A DNA stretch of 64,000 nt from positions 20,646,001-20,710,000 of the forward strand of contig CM052849.1 of the NCBI GenBank assembly GCA_028534125.1, read 5' to 3'. Under the pieces are notes generated by a model that worked only from the letters and a program-made list of their open reading frames with translations, searched no databases and was not told the DNA's origin. A program made the position numbers and the translations under genes. Source of the stretch: Lama glama. Lineage: Eukaryota. This document shows positions 25,895 through 36,400 of this stretch, piece after piece (position 1 is the first letter of the stretch; each line of letters begins with the position of its first letter).

Positions 25895-27226
25895 GTGTGC
25901 TCCCCAGAAGGGGGGCCGCTCCCAGCCAACCACTGGGACCAGAACAGCCCGGCCCAGCACCAGCAGCAGCTCCAGCCCAGCCAGCCCCAGGGGTCACTCC
26001 CAGCCCCGTGTCAGCGCTGCCAGCCCTGTGGGGCTCTCCCGGACCCTGGGCAGCCCTGCCAGCCCCAGCGGCCACTCTCGGGTCAGCGCAGCTGGCCCCA
26101 GCGGTCACTTCCAGGCCCAAGACGGCCCTGCCAGCCCCGGCGGTCACTTCTGGGCCCAGGTCAGCCATGCCGGCCCCAGCAGCTGCTTCCAGCCCCAGAT
26201 CAGCACTGCCGGCCCCAGCGGTCACTCCTGGCTCAGCCCCACCAGCCACGTTGGGCACTGCTAGCCCCCAGGCAGCGCTGCCGGCGCCTGCGCTCCCTCC
26301 TGGCCCCGTGGCAGCGCTGCCGGCCCCTGCGGTCCATCCTGGCCCCCTGTCACCTCTGTCGGCCCCTGCGGTCTATCCTGGCCCCATGGCACCGCTGCCG
26401 GCCCCTGCGGTCCATCCTGGCCCCGTGCCACCTCTGTCGGTCCCTGCTGGCCCTCTGGCACCGCTACTGGCCCACGCGATCGTGGATGGCCCCACGTCTC
26501 CGCAGCCAGCCCAGCAGGGCATCCTCGGGGCAGCGGTACCGGCCCCTTCGGTCACTGCTAGCCCAGTGCCAGCGGTGCCAGCCCCCACAGTCACTCCTCA
26601 TGCTGCGTCCACGTCGCCGGCCCACCAGCTCACTCTCAGGCCAGTGCTGCTGCCCCCGGCGAGCATCCCTAGCCCTGGGCCAACCCCGAAGGTCCCTCCT
26701 GGGCCAGCCCAGCCGCCCTCGGCGGTCGCTGCTGGGCCTCAGTCAGCCCCAGCAATTAGTTGAAGCCCCAGAGCAGCCTGGCCCCACCAAGTCTTCGCTG
26801 CTGGGCCCCGGACAGCCGTGCCAACAAAAGCGGCCACTCATGGACCCAGAACAGCCTCACCCACCCAAGCGGCCACTCCTGGGCCCAGAGCAGCCGTGCC
26901 GACGAAAGCGGCCACTTATGGGCCCGAAACAGCCCTGCCAGCCCCTGCGGTCACTTCTTGGCCCAAGCCAGCCCTGCAAGCCCCAGCCATTACTCCCCAT
27001 ACCCGAGCGCCCGTCACTCCTGGGCCGGCCAGCCCCACCCCGCAGGCCTCTCCTGGGGCCCCCAAGCCCGCCACGGCAGTCCCTGCTGGACCTGGTTCGG
27101 GCCCATCAGCCCCAGCTCTCACTCTTGGCCCTGGGCCAACCCTGCCGGCCCCTGAGGTCACGACGGACTCGATCCTCTGCCCCTGCAGTGGCCCGCCAGG
27201 CCCCGTCTGTGAGCCCCGGAGCCTGA
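25895..27226 (+). CDS. FBRSL1: FBRSL1 alternative terminal exon (short N-terminal isoform), 443 aa repeat-rich tail
   Basis: Acceptor ctctttcttccatgcag|GTG is in phase 0 with exon 2. 1332-nt open frame starting VCSPEGGPLPANHWDQNS. Repeat-unit indels preserve the frame and substitutions between units fall at third positions. A poly(A) signal lies downstream. Confidence 0.8.
   Translation: MCSPEGGPLPANHWDQNSPAQHQQQLQPSQPQGSLPAPCQRCQPCGALPDPGQPCQPQRPLSGQRSWPQRSLPGPRRPCQPRRSLLGPGQPCRPQQLLPAPDQHCRPQRSLLAQPHQPRWALLAPRQRCRRLRSLLAPWQRCRPLRSILAPCHLCRPLRSILAPWHRCRPLRSILAPCHLCRSLLALWHRYWPTRSWMAPRLRSQPSRASSGQRYRPLRSLLAQCQRCQPPQSLLMLRPRRRPTSSLSGQCCCPRRASLALGQPRRSLLGQPSRPRRSLLGLSQPQQLVEAPEQPGPTKSSLLGPGQPCQQKRPLMDPEQPHPPKRPLLGPEQPCRRKRPLMGPKQPCQPLRSLLGPSQPCKPQPLLPIPERPSLLGRPAPPRRPLLGPPSPPRQSLLDLVRAHQPQLSLLALGQPCRPLRSRRTRSSAPAVARQAPSVSPGA
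26006..27170 (+). repeat. Degenerate coding minisatellite, ~32 units of 39 nt (variants 33/30/24 nt)
   Basis: Recurrent 'cagccctgccagccccagcggtcactcctgggccc'-like unit. Peptide consensus is roughly P-x-Q-P-C-x-P-x-R-S-L-L-(G/A). Confidence 0.88.
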
Positions 27227-28459
27227 CACCCATTTTTGCAGACCACCGCAGGTGTGGCTGTGCAGGGCGGGGCCGAGGCCCCTCACCCTGCCACCTGAGA
27301 TGCGCTGTCAGACTGGCCGGAGGCCTTCTCCAAGCAGGCCGGGCTGTTGGCAGTTGGAAGCTGAGGCTCAGCAGAGGCAGGAGCCCCCTGCAGGGCTGCC
27401 ACCAAGCTGAGGCCTGCCCACGCCAGGAAGAGAGGAGAGGACCCGCAGCGGCTTCCCACCTCCCCGCCACGGCACCCCCCCCCCCGTGCCCACTGCTTTG
27501 TGACGCGCATGCCCCGGGGAGAGGGGACACAGCCACCCCCTGAGGCTCAGACTTGGGGGGGCCCTCAGCATCTCTCTGTGCCTCTGAGGTGCCCACGTAC
27601 ACCTGTCCCAGCTGCGCTGAGTGCGAGTTTTTGTGTGAACGTATGTGGCATGTGGTCTGGAGTGTGTGCGTGTACGTTGGAGGGGAGCCTTGCCCTCCTT
27701 GGGCCCTGCTCAGTCCCCCACCGGCAGGATGTAGGCACAGCTGGAGCGGGGCCTCAGGTCCCGCTTACCTTCCCTCAGGCAGAGGGTGATGTGTGTCCAC
27801 CTCCAGGGCCCTGTGGCGGGGGAGGGGGCGTGAGGGGCGCTTAGGGCCGTCTGTGGTTGAGTCTGAACTGCTGGTGACGAGGAGGGTCTCCCTCAGGACT
27901 CTGCCTCCACCCCAGAGGCTGAGCGCTGAAGTGGGGGGCAGAGTCTCACGTCCCCCCTAGCTTTGGACCAAGAGAGCCTGCAGGACCCGAGGCCATTCTC
28001 AGAATGTCCCCTTCCTACAGCTTTCCCACTGCTGGCCCCCTAGGATGTCCCCTGTTGGGACACACCCCGCACTGCAGGGCTTTCTCTGCCCCACCCACCT
28101 CACACCTGTGCTCAAGGTCACCCATCCCTCGCCCCAGGCCTCTGACTCAGGGCAGCCCCACACCAGTGCTCCTGGAGCCCCGGGCACGTGGTGGGCAAGC
28201 AGCACCGGCCACAGGGGGCGCCCTGGCCAGGCTCCCAGTCAGCGCTTTGTGCGCCTAGTCTCACGGAGCCGTGACAGCCACCTCCGGTACCGGCCCGGTT
28301 CGTGGAGGCCACAGAGGGGCCCCTCTGTTTCTGGGTCCAGGCCTTCCTCCCTGGCCTCCCGGGGCCCTGACGAGCCAGACGTGGTGTCTGCCCCGTAGCC
28401 TGGCACCCAGAGCAGGGCCCCAAGGTCTCCCTCCCAGAAACGTGGGGCTTATTTTTCTG

Positions 28460-28520
28460 ATTAAAGGAAATAAAAAGTGCTGTGCCATTATTTTTATAAC
28501 AGCATCAGTGTTTGTAATTT
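28460..28520 (+). terminator. Candidate intronic poly(A) signal for the short isoform
   Basis: ATTAAA at 28460-28465 and AATAAA at 28469-28474, with a U-rich element upstream and 'tttttata'/'gtgtttgtaattt' downstream. Confidence 0.6.
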
Positions 28521-30684
28521 AACAGACAAGCATGTGCCGTGCGGGAAATGGTTTATTCCGACAGGTGGTTCTCTGCACATCTGTGCTTGCCTCTCGCTCG
28601 TGACGTCCTGGCTGAGCCGCAGGAGAGCGGCCCAGGGAGGGGGGCGTGCAGCCTGGACACAGCTTGCTGCATTATGCAGCTTGGGGGGACTCCAGCGTGC
28701 CATGATTGCCCTCCAGGCCACCCTGGCAGCCCCCTTGCTGGGCTGGCTCCTCCCATCCTGTTTCTCGGAGCCCTCGCTCGGGAAGGGGTTTTTTCCTAGA
28801 TGCCCCTGAAGGTGCCTCTGAGGTCTTGTCATTGACCCCTCGAGTTCCCACTGTCCCCTTGTCATGCCCTGAGGATGGTGAGGCTTCAGGCGCCCCTCCT
28901 TCCCACTCCCCTGGAATCCTCCCCACCTGAGGGGCAGTGTGGGCACCTGTGCCCCGTGGGCCCCGTGCATGCTCATGTCTGGGCTGGTCACAGGCGGGCC
29001 AGGCCTGCACAGCGTAGCCACTGCCTTCCAAGGCCTTTCTGCTCAGGGAGTGTTGGCTGCAGTGCTTGGTTGCCACTTAAGGGGGAAGACAGAACTGTTG
29101 GGCACCAGCGCTAATGGCAGGAGAGAGCAGAGGCCACAGCCCCCTGGGCTGAGCGCACAGGGTGCCCGCAGCCAAGGTCTGGGGCTGCCCTACTTATCCA
29201 TCCAGAAGGGCCCCACCCTGGGTGACCCCTAGGGTGAGTAGGGGTGGGGCCTATTCCCTGCACAATCACTTGCTGAAGAAGGAGCTTGGGTTCCTCTGAG
29301 CCCAGAGAAGCCCACCGAGCCCTGTGCGTGACTTCCACCCTCACCATGGCTGGCCTCAGGTTCAAAGTGCCAGGACCCTGAGGGGCGGGCACTCCTGCGA
29401 GGCACCCGCTGGCCGTGTCGGGGACTAGAGGACATGTGTCGTGCGTGTCCTGGGGGCTCGTGTTGCCGTAGGTCCTGTGTGGCCAGGTCTTCATGTTTCT
29501 GAGAGCAACTGGAAACCTGGGGTTTTTTGTGGGGTCAGTGATTTTTGAAACATTGGTGGCTAATTCTAATTTGATGACTCACCTTGTAGGCAGAGAACAC
29601 AGGTATGTGGGCTCTGTGTGTCCCAGCGGCACAGGTTTGGACCCTGATGACTGATCTGGCCCCGAGGCCAGGAGTGTGGGGTGTGGCCCACCCTGCCACA
29701 GAGAGAGTTGGGCAGCCCTGCCTGATGGGTGGAGGTCTGGAGGAGGCCCCACGCTGCCCCGGGGACCCCGAGGATGGAGACCGCAGCCTGGGCACAGTGC
29801 TCTCCTGGGGCCTCTCCTCCTCTGAGCCCTGCAGCCGCCTTCCCCTCTGCAGCCCAGGCTGTAGGCAGGGGGCTCGCACCTTCTGTAGAAGAGCCCCCGC
29901 TAGGCCCGTGAGGAGCGAGGGCAGTGGTTGTGGTCTGCTGTCGGGTGGAGGCGTAACCAGGTTGCTCCCTGCAGAAGCAGCACTGACAGGGCATGCTGCA
30001 GGTGCCTACTAAGGAGAGTCCCTTGGGATCCCCCCAGAGGGTGGCAGGGCGGCCCCAGGAGGGGAGGGGTGGGAGCATGGGTGACCCTGATGGGTCAGTG
30101 GGCTCCCAGTCCTTGAAGGGGGTCTGCACGCCCGACCAGCGTCCACCTGGCAGTTCCCTGGGGACGATCGCGTGTGGAGGTGCTCCCCAGTGAGTGCCTG
30201 GTCACTCACTCCCAAAGGTTCTGCGCCTTCACGTTGGCGACGCCGTGGTGGGAACTTGAATGGCGCTGGGCTGCGCCCTGCCTGGAGCGTCCCCCTGCCC
30301 CGTGGAGCCTGTGCTCTGGCAGATACAGAACGTGAGCCAGGGCCTCAGCACGTCAGAAGGGGCAGGCGTGCGTCGGTCTGCACTGGCGTTTGGCTGGGCA
30401 GAGACGCTGGCCAGCCCTCCTCCCCGAGCCGGAGGCTGCACTGACTGCGAGATATCCCCAGCAGCTCACCAAAGCAGGGTCGAGGGTGCTGGCCGTAAGG
30501 AAGACAGTGTCCGCGTCCAGCGACCCACCCTTGCCTGGAAGACTTGGCAAGAAGCCTGTCCCAGGGCTGGGATTTGGGGGACCTGAGACTTCGGGGGCCA
30601 CCACCCAAACCCCTGGGGGGATCCCAGAGGCCTTGTTAAAGGCAGGTTCTGACCCTGCAGGGAAGCTCAGAGCAGCGACCCTTA

Positions 30685-31060
30685 TGGGAGCTACATCCAG
30701 AATCGTAAATGTTCCAGTAGCCACATTAAAAACATGAAAAGAGGAGACGAAAGTGACCCTAGTACATTTCGATCCATACGCCCTAAGCTCTGTGCATCTG
30801 CAGATGCCGAGGGCTGACCGTGCTACGTCCTTTAATATAAGAGACTTGAGCATCCCACATCCGTGGGTTTTGGTATCTGCAGGGGGGTCCTGGAACCAAT
30901 CCTCCACGGATACTGAGGGACAACCATATCCTAAATCCTACTGTTTCAGCACGTAGTCAGTATGAAAATTATCAATAGGATATTTGACTTTATTTTTGTC
31001 CCAAGTCTTGGAAAGGCAGCGTGTATCTTACTCAGCCCTTCTCAGTTGAAACTGGTCCAG
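30685..31060. mobile_element. MER33-like hAT element interrupted by a MER2-like element
   Basis: Left part 'ttccagtagccacattaaaaacatgaaaaga'; right part 'tatgaaaattatcaataggatattt...aagtcttggaaa...gtgtatctta'. Confidence 0.6.
30780..30928. mobile_element. MER2-like Tigger (TcMar) MITE fragment
   Basis: 'gacttgagcatcc...gttttggtatctgcaggggggtcctggaaccaatcctccacggatactgagggacaacc' followed by TA matches the MER2 terminus. Confidence 0.75.
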
Positions 31061-31449
31061 TGTGGCTCAGAGTGGGCAGGGTGGGGAGGGTCCAGGCAGA
31101 GGTGCCCTTTCTCGAGTTCCCTTTCTCCTCACACGTGCTGCCTTCATTGGTGTTCTTCTCTGGCTCGGCCCGCCCTGTGGTTTGAACCCCAAACACGTGA
31201 CGGCCCAGGGCCTCCCCTCTGGGCTGCAGGCCTGTGTATCCAGATGCTCCACTCGGATGCCACAGCGCCTCCCCGAGCGTGAACACGCCAGAACACATGA
31301 GCTCCACCCTTCCCCTCATCTCGGCGATGAGCCTTGCGTCTGTCCCGGTGATCAGACCAGAAGCAGGAGTCCCCTCCCACACTCTCTCTGACCCAGGCCA
31401 GCCCTTTGCTTCCACCTCCTAAGTGTCCCTCTGAATAGGGTTTCGTTAG

Positions 31450-31960
31450 AAAATAATTCAAGGCAAATGAAAACAAGAATTCATCAGAATGTGCAGGGTG
31501 CGGCTAAAGCTGTGTCCGCAGTAAGACCGCCAGCTTCAGGGCTCGTGTTGGAAAAGACTGTGGATTCAAGATCCATGACCTTAAGAACCTGGGAAAAGAA
31601 GAGGCATCCCAAAGGAGAAAGGAGGAGACGCAGATGAGGGAAGTCGGTGAACAGGAAGCAAACAATCGGTGGACGCAGGCAGAAGCGGTTTCCTGGAAAG
31701 CATCAACAGAACTGGGGAATCCCTGGTTAGGAAGCTCCCCCTCAAAGAGCAGATCACCAGGGCTGGAGGCGGAAGAGGAGATACCACGGCAGGGGCCCCA
31801 ACATTGAAGGATGGGACGGAGACAGTTTCACTCCAGTAATTGAACAACTCAGGTGAGATGAACACATTTTTTGAAGATTACAATTTACCAAAACTGACTT
31901 AAGATGAAATGGACGCTCTGAATAGTCCTGTGTCTGTTAAAGAAACTGTATTTGTCATCT
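31450..31960 (+). mobile_element. Ancient L1 ORF2 fragment (post-endonuclease region)
   Basis: Purine-rich strand. 'aacaactcaggtgagatgaacacattttttgaagattacaatttaccaaaactgacttaagatgaaatggacgctctgaatagtcctgtgtctgttaaagaaa' resembles the L1 ORF2 LDEMDKFLE..LPKL..EEIENLNRPI region. Confidence 0.75.
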
Positions 31961-32084
31961 GGATGTCCGTGCCTCCCCATCACTGCCAGCCCACCACCGT
32001 CTTAGCAGCTGAGAGAAGGTGACCTTATCCAGCGTTTGGGCACTGTCCCCGGGGGTAACGGAGCAACTCACTTAACCGGACCAC

Positions 32085-32250
32085 ACCCTGTTATGACCAT
32101 TTTTCAGATGAGGATACTGAAGCGAAAAAGAAGAAGGAAAAACAAAGCAAAACAAAAAAAATCCAAACGAAGAAGCATTTAAGTAACTTGCCCAAACAAG
32201 CAGGAAAAGTGGCTGAGTCAGGAATCAAACCAGGATCGGCTCCAGAATCC
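32085..32250 (-). mobile_element. MIR SINE with internal A-rich insertion
   Basis: 'ccatttttcagatgaggatactgaagc' [A-rich 32124-32178] 'ttaagtaacttgcccaa...aagtggctgagtcaggaatcaaacc'. Confidence 0.7.
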
Positions 32251-33179
32251 ACGCCCTTGACCCTGACCTTTCCCTGGAATGCAGCAGCCACAGCCTCAGC
32301 AACTACTGGCCGCCTCCTGTCTCCCTGCCCCTGCCCGTCTGCAGCAGCCACGTTCCCTCTGAGGAGCCCATTTGAGCACGCCCTTCCCTTGATATTCCTC
32401 CCTGAGGGCTTTTGGGGTTAGTGAGTGAAAGTCAGAACCACGCTGGTCCCGTGGAGCTGGCACAGCAGTCTGGCTCCTGCTGCGGTGATGGGTGCTCCCA
32501 CCTCCCCCACTCTAGGCCTGGGCTGTAGCTTGGGGAGCAGCCGCCTGGGGCTCCCCTGGGTGGCTCTGCAGTCCTCACTGGCGTGTGGGCCACACACACG
32601 GAGCCAGGGCCACGGCTTGGCCACTTGGTCGCCTCAGGCCAGTGACTGCTCCCTTCTGGGCCTGTATCCTCCTCATTGGGGCTGTCCAGACCACATGCGT
32701 CTCAGGTTGTCGAGATGGGAAACTGAGCTGGCGTGCGCTGTCCCTGCTGGATGCGCGTAACACACACGGATTCGCTGCCGTTAATGCGATGACTGCTCTA
32801 TCATTCATTACTGTGGGATGGTTTCTCCCGCCTCTGGGGTGAGACCTGGCCGGCGAGGCTGGCTCATCTTCGGCCTCTTTGGCAGGCTCACCTGGTCCCC
32901 TCGGGGTGGCCATCCTGGAAGGGCCTGTGGGGAGAGCCTTGGGCGCCTGTGCCTGGGGCCGTGGAGTCCCAGGGGGTGAAAGCGAGGCTGCCCTCAACCC
33001 CTGAGCACCCGCCCCCGGCACGGCCCTCCTGTGAACCGAGCATCGTGGGGGCCTTGCTGGCAGGCTCTGCTGGGAGGATGGTGGCGGAGGGTGGGCGCCC
33101 GGGGTGTCCCCTCCCCCCGCCTGCTGCCAGGTCACAGCCTCAGTGGAAAGGGAGGGCTCGCCATCAGCATGTGCTTCTT

Positions 33180-33410
33180 TGGGCTTGGTGGTCAGTTCCT
33201 GTGTGGGCCCCGGGATGCCACGGTGACTGAGACAGGTGACAGCCCCTGCCTTCATGAAGGTTCGATTCCAGACAGGCATGAAACGAATCGGGGGATTTTG
33301 AGGTGATAGCCGGCCTGCCTGGGAATGGAAAGGAGGCAGCTTTAGACCAGGGGACTGGGGAGGCCTCTTCCAGCAGGTGACCAAAGCTGAGGCCCGAGTG
33401 AGCAGGAGAC
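33180..33410 (-). mobile_element. L2 LINE fragment
   Basis: 'gggatgccacggtgactgagacag...cccctgccttcatgaagg' and 'ggaggcctcttccagcaggtgac..agctgaggcc' resemble the L2 reverse complement. Confidence 0.55.
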
Positions 33411-36400
33411 ACCTGGCCAGTGCCCCCTAGGCGAGCATGGACATCTCTGTTCTGCAGGGGGGGCAGCTGGGGAGTTTTAATCAGCACAGTGACATGAGTT
33501 ATGGTTTTAAAAACTCACCCTTGGGGGAGCTGGGCAGCTGTGGGATTGACTGGGGGACTGTTGCAGCTGGAGGGCGGGGCATGTGGCTTGAATCAAGTCG
33601 TTAGTCCTTTGGGCAGATGGGGACAGCGATGAAGCCCAGAGGACCTGCCCCTGCTCTGGAGGCACATGTACCAGAGCCCACTGACCACTGTGGGGCAAGA
33701 CACGGCTGCCTCACCCCTGTCCATCCAGCAAGAGGGACCACACTCAGGCCCAGGCAGGGCGCCGCAGACACTCACGGGCACTTGGTCACATACAGCTTGT
33801 GTCGCCTGGGGCCTGCTGGCCATGCGTCTCCTGGGACGGTGGCCTCCACTCAGCCAGCATCCTCTGTGAATCTGTTTAACACCTCCATTCCCCCATCTGT
33901 GCCTCATCTCCCACTCGCCCGTCTGTCCATCTGTCCACCCACCCGAGTCCCAGGGGAGGAATGTGGAGCAGTGCGGGGTGGCCAGCCCCAGAGGGCAGCA
34001 AGCATTCTCCCTGGCTCCGCTGGCTGTGGGAACATGCGGTCACCGCCTCGCACTGCTGGAGCCCCTCCTCCCTGTGCCAGGCCCAGCGCGCCACGTGAAG
34101 GGGACAAAGGACTGCTCCTTTGGGCATTCGCAGCCTATTACAAGGAGAGGGACAGCCAGCCAGCGACCCTGCCTCGCTCTCAGAGGGACCCCTGGGGCCA
34201 CAGGGCCCTGAGGGGCCTTTCCCCAGCCTGGCTGACGGAGGCGTAGAGGGAGAGTCGGGAGGAGTTCCAGGAAGAGGCAGGGCCCGCCCAGAGCCTGGGT
34301 AGGCATTAGCTAACCCAGAGAGAGGGAGCACCAGGGTGTCCTTACAGCCGACACCCTGGCTCTGGCGCCTCGACCCCACTTGCAGCCCCGAGAGCCCCTC
34401 CCGCCTCCCTCCCGCGGGCACACGGCGGCTGCAGTACCACACTTCACCAGCAGGCGCTGCTGTCATTGGATGACGCAGTGTCCGAGTGACCTGGAGGTGT
34501 GGGTGGCGTGCACACAGAGGAGAGGCTGCAGGCTTGTGGGGTGGGGAGCAGGGCCTGGCCTTCCCTGTGCACCCCAGCATCTCATCCTTCCACCAGCCCC
34601 ACTCACGGGTGTGTTTACATGGTCTGCGTGAAGTGTCCCCTCCCTGGCCGGCCTTGCTCTGTGGCCCTGCCCTGAAGTCCACACCTCCCCGAGGCAGCTC
34701 CTGCCCAGGTTCCCACAGAACTGGAGGCACAGCACAGACCTCTGCCAGACACAGGTGTGGGCACCGAACTTGGAGGGCGGGGGCGCACTGAACAGAATAA
34801 AGTGTATGACACCCTCACTGCTGTTACATGCTGGGGGTGGAGGGAGGTCACCCCGGGCCGAGTGCTGCTGGGTAGGGCAAGGGTGCAGGTTCAGTGGGGT
34901 TGGGAGGCCCCACTGAGCACCAGGGACCCGAGTGCCTCTTGACAGTGGAAAAAGCAAGCATGTGGGGTCTGGCAGACACCCAGGCCTGGGGACACAGAAG
35001 GGGCTTCCCGAGCAGAGCTGGGGGTTTACAGCCCTGGGGAAGTGAGGTACCAGGTGTGACGGAGGGGGCAGGGAGTGGGACGCCCAGGGAGAAGGGGGCC
35101 CCCACCCCTGGCACAGCGCAGGCCCCAGACCCTGCACTGTGAGAGCTTCAGGTGGACAGGACAGGCCATCACCCCCAACTCAGCCACGTGAGGCACCTGC
35201 TCCAAGGGTTAATGCCAGGATTTGGGGCCACAGAAGGCACTGGACGCTGGGATCGGCTGGAACGAGCAGGGAAGGCGGGGTGGGGGGAGGAGGCCAACGA
35301 GTTCTCATGAATGAACACAGCTCAGCCCCCCAGTCCAGCTGGCAGGGGCCCAGTCAGGGCCAATGGCTTGGCTTCGGCTGCTCACTCAGCAGGGGCCTCG
35401 ACCTGGAGCGCCCAAGGAGGTCTCTGGGACCCGGATCCACCGTGATCCATCCCTGGGAAGGCCCAGGGGTTTTAGTGCCCTCCAGAGGGCACAGTTGTCA
35501 GGGGGGTCCCTGAGAGGAAAATGGGGTGCTGTGAAGAGCAGGGAGTGAAGAAGTGGCCAGGAGGAAGGTCTTCCCCTCAGGCCTGGGCTGCCACGTGGCC
35601 CCAGGTCAGGGAGGCCAGGTGTGCGCACGCACGTGGAGGTGGGGGATGGAGGCAGGATGGGGCACCTGGGCCGTCGGGAGTCTGTGCTCAGTTTCTGCAG
35701 GGGCGTCGTGGGGTTGGTTGTGGGGACGCTGGTTCCAACTCCCTTCCTGTCAGAATGGTAGCCTCGCTGTCTAGGGGCTGAGGAAGGGTCACTGGGGCTT
35801 GGCCGGTGCCTGCCCCTTGCCCCACCGCCCAGAGCCTGCCTCCAACTGGTTTGAGGGAGTCTGAGGGTGTCCTCAGCCACATCCCCCTTCTCAGGCTTCC
35901 CCAGGGTCTGAGGCCAGGCCTGCAGGTGTGGGGGCCAAGTGCGCCTCTCTGGAGGCCACTGTGGTCCAGCCGTGGGTCAGAGGCACCTCCCAGCCCTGGA
36001 GGAGGAGAGGTGTGGGGCAGAATCCAGAGCCCTCAACGCTGTGTGTGCTCGTGTACGCTCCCGAGAGCTCTGTGGAATGACCGTTGTCTGAGGGTGAAGC
36101 CGTCTGGTGGGGTGTGAGCTCCTGCGGGGGCTGCCACGGACAGCTGTTCAGGCTGTGCACTGCACAGCTCCAGGGCACTGTTCCCACTGTCTCCACTGGT
36201 GACATGTGCATCTGTGACGTGTAACAGTCGAGCGTGCCGGCGGTGGGGGGTGCCTCTGCTCCGTCTGCACGGAGGGGCTCTGGGGGTAGTCGGAGCCTGT
36301 GTGCACCTTCCAGAGGGGGTCTCTGCAGGGTAGTGAGCGCAGAGTGTTGGGCAGGTGTCAAGAGCAGGTGGGCGCTGTGTCCAGATGTTAGGTGGGTGTG

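Noticed and set aside
26006-27170. CRISPR-like array or independent mucin gene
   Set aside because: Units are contiguous and degenerate without unique spacers, the context is a mammalian gene, and there is no signal peptide or separate promoter.
28205-28225. CTCF-like motif ggccacagggggcgcc
   Set aside because: Spacing is one base short of the CCASYAGRKGGC core; cannot be supported without a PWM scan.
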